From Desulfatiglandales bacterium (lineage in GTDB: Bacteria > Desulfobacterota > DSM-4660 > Desulfatiglandales > Desulfatiglandaceae): a DNA stretch of 64,000 nt. Position numbers and translations under genes: made by a program. Shown here one piece after another: positions 57,559 through 64,000 of this stretch; within the stretch, counting starts at the first letter, position 1, and each line of letters begins with the position of its first letter. The notes under the pieces were generated by a model that made no database searches, had not been told where the DNA came from, and saw nothing but the letters and a program-made list of their open reading frames with translations. Location of the stretch: NCBI GenBank assembly GCA_963666345.1, contig OY762721.1:32001-96000 (forward strand), in the 5' to 3' direction.

Positions 57559-58536
57559 ATGGATAAAGGGATAATAATGAGCGGAATTCAACCTACGGGA
57601 GATATACATATAGGAAATTATTTGGGGGCCATACGCCAGTGGGTTGAATTGACAAAGGATCATGAGTGCTTTTATGTGATAGTGGATTACCATGCCATTA
57701 CGATTGATTATGATATTGAAAATTTTCAAAAAAATATCTTTAATGCAGCCATGGTCAATATCGCATGCGGACTGGAACCTGGAACCTGTCACCTTTTCAT
57801 CCAATCCCATATCCCCGAAATCCTTGAACTCAACTGGATTTTGGCTTCCTGCACAATGGTGGGACGATTGACCAACATGACGCAGTTTAAAGATAAATCG
57901 GCTCAGCACGAGGCCAATATAAATGCGGGTCTTTTGAATTATCCCATCTTGATGGCGGCAGACATATTGATCTATAAGGCATCTCTTGTACCTGTGGGAG
58001 AGGACCAGTTCCAGCACCTCGAATTCTCAAGAGAGGTTGCTCGCCGATTTAATTCCCGTTTTGGACAAACCTTTGCGGAGCCAATTCCGTGTGGTAAACC
58101 TGGACGGGTACTCGGGCTGGACGGGAAAGATAAAATGTCGAAAAGCCGCAATAATTATATCGGTATCATGGATAGTCCCGAAGATGCGTGGAAAAAGCTG
58201 GCACCGGCAAAAACCGACGTCCAGCGTGTCCGCAGATCCGACACTGGAAGACCCTGGATGTGTAACGTCTATTCCTATCATGAATTTTTCACCCCAGAGG
58301 ACGTCCGGAAAGGCTGTTATGAAGACTGTCAGAAAGCAAAAATCGGGTGTGTGGACTGTAAGAAGATCCTTCATAGATACATGACGGAGGCCCTTAAGCC
58401 TATCCAGAAAAGATACAGAGAATTGGAAAAACAACCGGATGTTGTAAAAGATTTTCTTATGCAAAGTGCGAGCGAAGCAAGACAGGTCGCACGTAACACA
58501 ATGGAAGAGGTGCGGAGGAAGATGGGAACCAGATAG
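57559..58536 (+). CDS. trpS: Tryptophanyl-tRNA synthetase
   Basis: SGIQPTG.IHIGNYLGA, YPILMAADIL, VPVGEDQ and KMSKS motifs. Confidence 0.97.
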   Translation: MDKGIIMSGIQPTGDIHIGNYLGAIRQWVELTKDHECFYVIVDYHAITIDYDIENFQKNIFNAAMVNIACGLEPGTCHLFIQSHIPEILELNWILASCTMVGRLTNMTQFKDKSAQHEANINAGLLNYPILMAADILIYKASLVPVGEDQFQHLEFSREVARRFNSRFGQTFAEPIPCGKPGRVLGLDGKDKMSKSRNNYIGIMDSPEDAWKKLAPAKTDVQRVRRSDTGRPWMCNVYSYHEFFTPEDVRKGCYEDCQKAKIGCVDCKKILHRYMTEALKPIQKRYRELEKQPDVVKDFLMQSASEARQVARNTMEEVRRKMGTR

Positions 58537-58806
58537 ACATGTTTCAATCTTTTAAGAATATCTATTGAATGAAATCAAGGTGGTAAAAAAGGGACCGGGC
58601 ATACTGCCTGAAATGAAGAATTCCGGCGCGGATGACGACTGGGGTGGGGCGTTGGTCTATCCTTGAGAGGGTTAAGTGTGGCGTGTCAGCGCTTAAAATG
58701 CCTAAAGTGATAAGGTGCATGGAATGGATGAAACCTAGGAATTTTGCAATTTTTCCCCGAGCCGGACCTCTCAAGTCCTCCTTAATGAAACAGCCTGATA
58801 GCGTTT

Positions 58807-59616
58807 TTAAAGTGAAGGCGATGAATTTAGCCCTATCCGATCTCTCAGATAGCGGTAGAAATGGTGAAATTCGTTTGTTTCTTTTCTTCTGGGTCTTTTA
58901 AGCGATACATCAACAATCAACTTTATGCTACCGGGATATTTATCCATTACAAGTATACGATCTGCCAAAAAAGCCGCTTCCGTGATATCATGAGTCACAA
59001 AAATAATCGTATGCCGGAGTTCCTCCCAGAGAGACAAAAGAAGACTCTGCATCTCTTCTCTCGACTGGGCGTCAAGGGATCCGAAAGGTTCATCCATCAG
59101 CAGAAGTTTCGGGTCTAAGACAAGGACCCTTGCGAGGGCAACCCGCTGTTTCATTCCGCCTGAGATCTCTGACGGAAGATATCTTCCGAAACCTTCAAGC
59201 CCCGTCAGGTAAAGAAATTTCCCAACCCTTTTTTTGATTTCTCTTTTATTTATTCGGCCCTTGAGACCAAAAGCGATATTTTCTTCAACTGTCAGCCAAG
59301 GGAAAAGGGCATCTTCCTGAAACACAATGCAGCGTTCAAATCCAGGCCCCGATATGGGGACGCCATGAGTCTCAATGCGGCCGCTGCTCGGCTTTATAAA
59401 TCCGGCGACGATCTTCAGAAGGGTGGTTTTTCCACAACCGCTCGGTCCAAGAATGCAGACCAATTCTCCTGAATTAACCGAAAGATTTATATTTTCAAGT
59501 ACTTTTATGAAATGGTTACCCATGGGAAAAATTTTGCCAAGTCCCACAGATCTTAACAAAGGATCTCTGTGTGCTTTTTTCTTAACTGATATCAGCCTGA
59601 AGTCATGTTCTTTCAA
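58807..59616 (-). CDS. ABC ATP-binding protein (SsuB/TauB-like)
   Basis: GPSGCGKT, LFPWLTV, SGGMKQR and MDEPFGSLD motifs. Confidence 0.93.
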   Translation of the reverse strand: MKEHDFRLISVKKKAHRDPLLRSVGLGKIFPMGNHFIKVLENINLSVNSGELVCILGPSGCGKTTLLKIVAGFIKPSSGRIETHGVPISGPGFERCIVFQEDALFPWLTVEENIAFGLKGRINKREIKKRVGKFLYLTGLEGFGRYLPSEISGGMKQRVALARVLVLDPKLLLMDEPFGSLDAQSREEMQSLLLSLWEELRHTIIFVTHDITEAAFLADRILVMDKYPGSIKLIVDVSLKRPRRKETNEFHHFYRYLRDRIGLNSSPSL

Positions 59617-60485
59617 TAAGTCCTCCGTGCGCTTTTAAAGCAGAGACGAAGAACGGCCTTTAACGACAGGTCGCTTATCCTGCCCAGAACGGCAATAATT
59701 ATAACGCCCACAAGGATTATATCAATACGCCCCAGCATGCGGGCGTCCATGATAACGGCACCCAGACCGTCCGGCACCCCGGTGAGTTCACCAAGAACAA
59801 GATATGCCCAAGCTATTCCCAGGCCCAATCGTAATCCGGTAATTATCTGAGGCATGGCGGCGGGAAGAAGGATTGCATATATCCCTCTTATTTTCCCTAC
59901 CCCCATCATCGCCCCTGACTGATATAATAAAGGATTTATAAGACGAGCACCTGATGCCGAATTTATGTAGATCGGGAAAAAGGCTGCCAACGCTACCAGA
60001 AAGACGGTTGTCTTTATTCCTATACCGAACCATACGAGAGCGAGCGGCAACCAGCATATACCGGGGACCGCCCTTATGGCGTTAAGCGTACTGCTTATGA
60101 AAAGCTGGAACGACTTCAGCCGGCCCGAAAGAATTCCAAGGGGAATGCCGAGAAAGGCCGCAATACCGAAGCCGATAGAAACTCTCAGGATACTGTAGCT
60201 TACGTCGTTAATAAATCGGCCTGCATAGGGGCCGTCCACTGGATTTCCGAAAATGTAAAAATATGCTGATTCGGCTATGTTCAGGGGATGAGGAAAAAGG
60301 TATGGAGTGGTTAGCTTTAACTCGGAAATGACGACCCATATGAGAAGCAATAATAGGGGTATGATCCATGGGAGCGCCTTTTTGCTGGCCCATGAAACTC
60401 CTTTTTCACCTGATGCGCTTCTATTCATGAGTAAAGGCAGGTCTCCTTTATAACTGCTTAAAATCTTTTTGGATGCGTTCCACAA
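59613..60485 (-). CDS. ABC permease (SsuC/TauC-like)
   Basis: WLPLALVWFGIG and ITGLRLGLGIAW motifs. True start may be 60428. Confidence 0.9.
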   Translation of the reverse strand: MWNASKKILSSYKGDLPLLMNRSASGEKGVSWASKKALPWIIPLLLLLIWVVISELKLTTPYLFPHPLNIAESAYFYIFGNPVDGPYAGRFINDVSYSILRVSIGFGIAAFLGIPLGILSGRLKSFQLFISSTLNAIRAVPGICWLPLALVWFGIGIKTTVFLVALAAFFPIYINSASGARLINPLLYQSGAMMGVGKIRGIYAILLPAAMPQIITGLRLGLGIAWAYLVLGELTGVPDGLGAVIMDARMLGRIDIILVGVIIIAVLGRISDLSLKAVLRLCFKSARRTY

Positions 60486-61416
60486 AACTCATGTCAAATA
60501 GCTTTTTATAGTCAGGCTGTCTTGTTATCACTTTAAGCTCCATCATGCGTTCTCCAAGGTTCATGGCCTTAATTAAGAAATCCTCGTCCATCTTCCAGGA
60601 AAGTTCCATATTGGCAGCGGCGCTTTCAAGGATCTCTCGTGAGGTGCCGAAGGTGGAGGCCTTTTTTAACCAACCGTCCCTGTCTTGAGTGAGAAATTTT
60701 GTGGCGGCCGCATGGGCCTTAACAAGTCTGTGGACCGCTTCCCGGTTTTTTTCTATAAACCTGCGGGTTACCAGCATCCCGGCATTTATGGTTCCTATGG
60801 CGTTGTCATAATAAGGATAGGAAAGAATTCTGCCGTAACCCTTTACAGTCGCGATAGTAGGGAAGGGTTCGCCTGATAGAAATGCATCTATACCTCCCTT
60901 GGCAAGAGCTATACCCATGTCGAAGAAATCGACCCTTGTTAGTTTTACATCGGTGTTGGGAGAAAGTCCGTTTCTCTTGAGTGTTTCCCTTAGAAGAATT
61001 TCATGCATGGTTCCAGGGACGTAACCTATTTTTCTGCCCCTTAGATTTGAGACTGTTTCAATGGGGGATTCTTTTCTTACCACGAGGGCCGAGCATTTAT
61101 TGCACAGCGATGCTACAAGAACTACGGGCTGCCCAAGGGATGCTGAATGAATGGCATGTGCAATTGTGGTACCGCACATGTCAAGGCTGCCTGCAAGAAG
61201 GCCCGTTTTCTGATCAGCCGGGTTGGTAAAACTGAAAACCTGGCATTTGTCACCCTTAGGAAGAAAGTCTTTATAGAAAAATGGTTGAATAGTCTGAGGC
61301 GTTTTCCATGTCCCGACCTTAAATTCCTCTCCAGCACTGTTATCTGGAGAAAAAAAGATATAAACGATAAGAAAAAGCGCAAAAAAACTTTTGTATCGGG
61401 ACATGACAATTTCCAT
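60448..61416 (-). CDS. ABC substrate-binding protein (SsuA/NMT1/NrtA-like)
   Basis: Signal peptide; NLRGRKIG and ALAKGGIDAFLSGEPF motifs. Confidence 0.9.
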   Translation of the reverse strand: MEIVMSRYKSFFALFLIVYIFFSPDNSAGEEFKVGTWKTPQTIQPFFYKDFLPKGDKCQVFSFTNPADQKTGLLAGSLDMCGTTIAHAIHSASLGQPVVLVASLCNKCSALVVRKESPIETVSNLRGRKIGYVPGTMHEILLRETLKRNGLSPNTDVKLTRVDFFDMGIALAKGGIDAFLSGEPFPTIATVKGYGRILSYPYYDNAIGTINAGMLVTRRFIEKNREAVHRLVKAHAAATKFLTQDRDGWLKKASTFGTSREILESAAANMELSWKMDEDFLIKAMNLGERMMELKVITRQPDYKKLFDMSFVERIQKDFKQL

Positions 61417-61441
61417 GGCTTATTTTGAAAAACCTGTTTGT

Positions 61442-62482
61442 TCAACTTAAGGTAACTGAAACAAGTCTTTTGGCAACATTGTTTTCAAAACAGTTTGAAG
61501 GCAGATCAGGATTCCACCCTGTTTCCATGTGCATTTTTCTACATTTGTCTGTCCCATATCCGCGCCCCTTTTCAGTATCCGCATTACAGTCACGGGGACT
61601 TGAACCCACCTCAGGAAAAAAGAGATTGGCACCGGCCACGAGAGCGAGTTTGTTAGGTTCGTGGGTGCAGTGGGCCCTCGGCTGATTTCCCATCACCAGC
61701 CTTGATACGGCGACAAGCCTGGCCATTTCAAGCTCGGTTATCATTCCGTAGCATTCCATCGGTGAACCAGGAAAGTTTATCCTTCTCATAACGCCGCTGT
61801 ATGTCGCCTTATATTGCCTGGCCAGAAGCATCAACTCGGCTATTTCTTCATGACCGTGTTCAGGTCCCACCGGTTCGATGCAGTTCATCCATCTAAGTCC
61901 CACGTCATTCAGAACCTTAATCGTGTTTATTCGTTTCTGCGGGGAAAGGGGGGTATCGCGTCCCTCTGCAAGACGGAGAGCATGGTAGGCGCCTACAAAT
62001 CCGGCCTCCAGCAGGGCCTCAGCTTCTTTATGGGTGATATCTCTCGTGTTTGCAACAAGCGGAGTCGAAACGCTTTGTTTTAAAATTGAGCCTATTTTAA
62101 GAAGCCTTTTAAAGCTGTAGTTGCCTGTGGTCATTAAATTGAGTGCATCAGCGCCTTGGGCTTCTGCTCCTTTTGCCCAGTTGATGACCTGTTTAAGGCT
62201 GAAATCAAGAGAATCGGTAAAGGCACCTGTTTTTTCAGCCAATGAGCAGAATTTGCAGTTCACAGGGCATGGTGCCACATTGAGGCCGATATGAAAATGG
62301 TTTTCTCCTTTGTCATTGAATTGATCGTGGGACATAGCATTGGCGGCTTGAAGAAGTGCGTATATCTCCTTGCCGTATAGGGGTAGAGATAAAAGATGAA
62401 GGATATCCTCTTTCTTAAGCGGTTCAAAATCGATTGCCTTTGCAAGAATGTCTTCAACCTTTTGTGATATACGCCAGCTCAT
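61442..62482 (-). CDS. Radical SAM protein, BioB/HydE/PylB-like, function unknown
   Basis: CPVNCKFC (CxxxCxxC); BioB-like N-terminus; C-terminal CTHEPN..AGANLFFPEVGSSPRD. Confidence 0.88.
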   Translation of the reverse strand: MSWRISQKVEDILAKAIDFEPLKKEDILHLLSLPLYGKEIYALLQAANAMSHDQFNDKGENHFHIGLNVAPCPVNCKFCSLAEKTGAFTDSLDFSLKQVINWAKGAEAQGADALNLMTTGNYSFKRLLKIGSILKQSVSTPLVANTRDITHKEAEALLEAGFVGAYHALRLAEGRDTPLSPQKRINTIKVLNDVGLRWMNCIEPVGPEHGHEEIAELMLLARQYKATYSGVMRRINFPGSPMECYGMITELEMARLVAVSRLVMGNQPRAHCTHEPNKLALVAGANLFFPEVGSSPRDCNADTEKGRGYGTDKCRKMHMETGWNPDLPSNCFENNVAKRLVSVTLS

Positions 62483-62522
62483 TTATAACCCCTTCGATTG
62501 ACCTTTACGGGATTTATGAAAT

Positions 62523-62538
62523 AACAATCTTTATGCCA
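62523..62538 (-). promoter_or_regulatory. Possible sigma54 (-24/-12) promoter
   Basis: TGGCATAAAGATTGTT about 40 nt before the radical SAM ATG; the -12 element is GT rather than GC. Confidence 0.4.
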
Positions 62539-62695
62539 TCTTTCTGATTCCAGGGGTTAAGGGCCCGGCAAAGCACATATAGCTTTATCAAATCTGTAGA
62601 TATCGGTCTGGAAGAAAGGCATCTTGAAAAACTATCAAGCGTGTCTGATATTATAAAGAATTTGATCTTTTATTCAAAGAATAATTCATCGGCAT

Positions 62696-62971
62696 TTATT
62701 CACCGCATGAATATCGAACCGACCTTGGACCGTATCTGTCAGGTGCCCATCCCACGATGATCGCAGTTATACAAAAGGTAGACATATTCATAGAGAAGAT
62801 ATCGGAGGTACCGCTTCTGGATATGCTGAATTCATTTTCAATGGGAACAAGAAAAACACCATAACTGTAACGCACACCAAGGCCTGCTGTCGCAAAAAAC
62901 AGCCCTGCGGCAGTAATGAGCCAATCGCAGAATATCTTATTTTTTTCATCGCATAGCAGAAAAAAACGCAA
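62696..62971 (-). pseudogene. Truncated MFS transporter fragment
   Basis: Only the first two TM helices and motif A are present (RYSYGVFLVPIENEF...GWAPDRYGPR), then a stop. Confidence 0.65.
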
Positions 62972-63236
62972 AAGGATTAAGGAGATTTCATGAGAAATAT
63001 AGCATTATTGATAAAAGGTTAGCTGTTTATAATAACATTAATGGATGTATTTCCCCGGTTTCAGTAAGGGATGAAAAGCAATCCGTTACTCTGTTTGTTG
63101 TCCTCATAACTTTACAAAAAATGGAGTTTTTGAAATACTCCAAATAATTTACGTTTAGCAACGGCTCTCAACAAACATATAAAAAGGAAGTTTCACGTAC
63201 CGGTAATGAAAACATAGACCATCGGAGTTGGAAATT

Positions 63237-64000
63237 TTGAAACGTGTTTTAATAGCATTTCTGATACTCATTACGCTGGCTGTCCTTGCTGCTGGCTGCA
63301 CGGGCGGATATCTGTGGTATGTCTGGTCAAGCAACCTGCCCTATGTGGGCGTTGTAGAGGAATACCGTCCCCCCATAATAACTGAAATCTACAGCATGAA
63401 AGGTGAAACAATAGGAAGGTTCTGGGATGAAAAACGTATGGTAGTTCCTCTTGAACAGATGCCCGGACATCTGATTCACGCTTTTGTCGCTGCAGAGGAT
63501 TCACGATTTTTCAAGCATGAAGGGGTTGATATAAAGAGTATCTTCAGGGCATTTTTAAAGAATATCAGCGCCGGAAAGATAGAACAGGGAGGAAGTACAA
63601 TAACACAACAGGTAACAAAGTCCCTTCTCCTGAAGAATACGGAAAGGACTTACAGGAGAAAGGTAAGAGAAGCCATCCTTTCCGTTCAGTTAGAAAAGAC
63701 ATTCTCAAAGGAACGCATCCTTTTTCTGTATCTGAACCAGATTTACCTGGGGCAGGGCGCATACGGCGTGGAAGCTGCGGCCAGGACATATTTTAATAAA
63801 TCGGTGGGTGAACTTGATATCTCTGAATCTGCAATTTTGGCGGGGCTTCCCCAGGCACCGGCAAGATATTCTCCCGTCAAACACTTCGAACTGGCAAAAA
63901 AAAGACAGTTGTATGTGCTGGAAAGGATGCTTAAGGAAGGGTATATAAGTGAAGGCGAGCACAAAAAGGCCCTGAACAAGCCGCTTTTGATACAGGAAAA
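63237..64000 (+). CDS. mrcA: Penicillin-binding protein 1A (transglycosylase domain), runs off the window
   Basis: Not in the ORF track. TTG start after GGAG; N-terminal anchor; AAEDSRFFKHEGVD, QGGSTITQQ, RKVRE and YLNQIYLG motifs. Confidence 0.93.
   Translation, partial: MKRVLIAFLILITLAVLAAGCTGGYLWYVWSSNLPYVGVVEEYRPPIITEIYSMKGETIGRFWDEKRMVVPLEQMPGHLIHAFVAAEDSRFFKHEGVDIKSIFRAFLKNISAGKIEQGGSTITQQVTKSLLLKNTERTYRRKVREAILSVQLEKTFSKERILFLYLNQIYLGQGAYGVEAAARTYFNKSVGELDISESAILAGLPQAPARYSPVKHFELAKKRQLYVLERMLKEGYISEGEHKKALNKPLLIQE

Noticed and set aside
1..64000. Numerous short antisense or overlapping ORFs; CRISPR arrays, rRNA, transposases
   Set aside because: The short ORFs are shadows of well-supported genes. 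No repeat-spacer array, rRNA or transposase/integrase motif was seen.

Overview
Chromosomal window from an anaerobic bacterium. Gene content and order (tig-clpP-clpX-lon, mutL-miaA, TRAP and acyl-CoA catabolism, PilZ proteins, PocR hybrid kinase, selenoprotein) suggest Desulfobacterota; this is an inference. The left part (1-14.5 kb) is an organic-acid catabolism and transport region. It encodes an acyl-CoA ligase, a divergent carboxyltransferase, a glutaryl-CoA-dehydrogenase-like enzyme, a TRAP transporter, a PaaI thioesterase, a beta-keto acid cleavage enzyme, an MFS transporter and glycerate kinase. The middle carries an SSS transporter behind a probable HMP-PP (thiS-motif) riboswitch and a Nik/Opp-type ABC operon with a His-rich ATPase and a terminator-containing leader. 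It also carries a DsrE-family selenoprotein that the ORF track truncates at its UGA, a 1663-aa surface protein with duplicated CARDB-like domains, and CsgG/TPR and TolB-like envelope proteins. The right part holds housekeeping genes, four tRNAs and trpS, which has a Trp leader-peptide attenuator and an Fe-S cysteine motif. It ends with a BioB-like radical SAM gene in line with an SsuABC-type importer and the start of PBP1A. No CRISPR array, rRNA or intact mobile element was seen. All family assignments come from motif recognition by eye, not from database searches.
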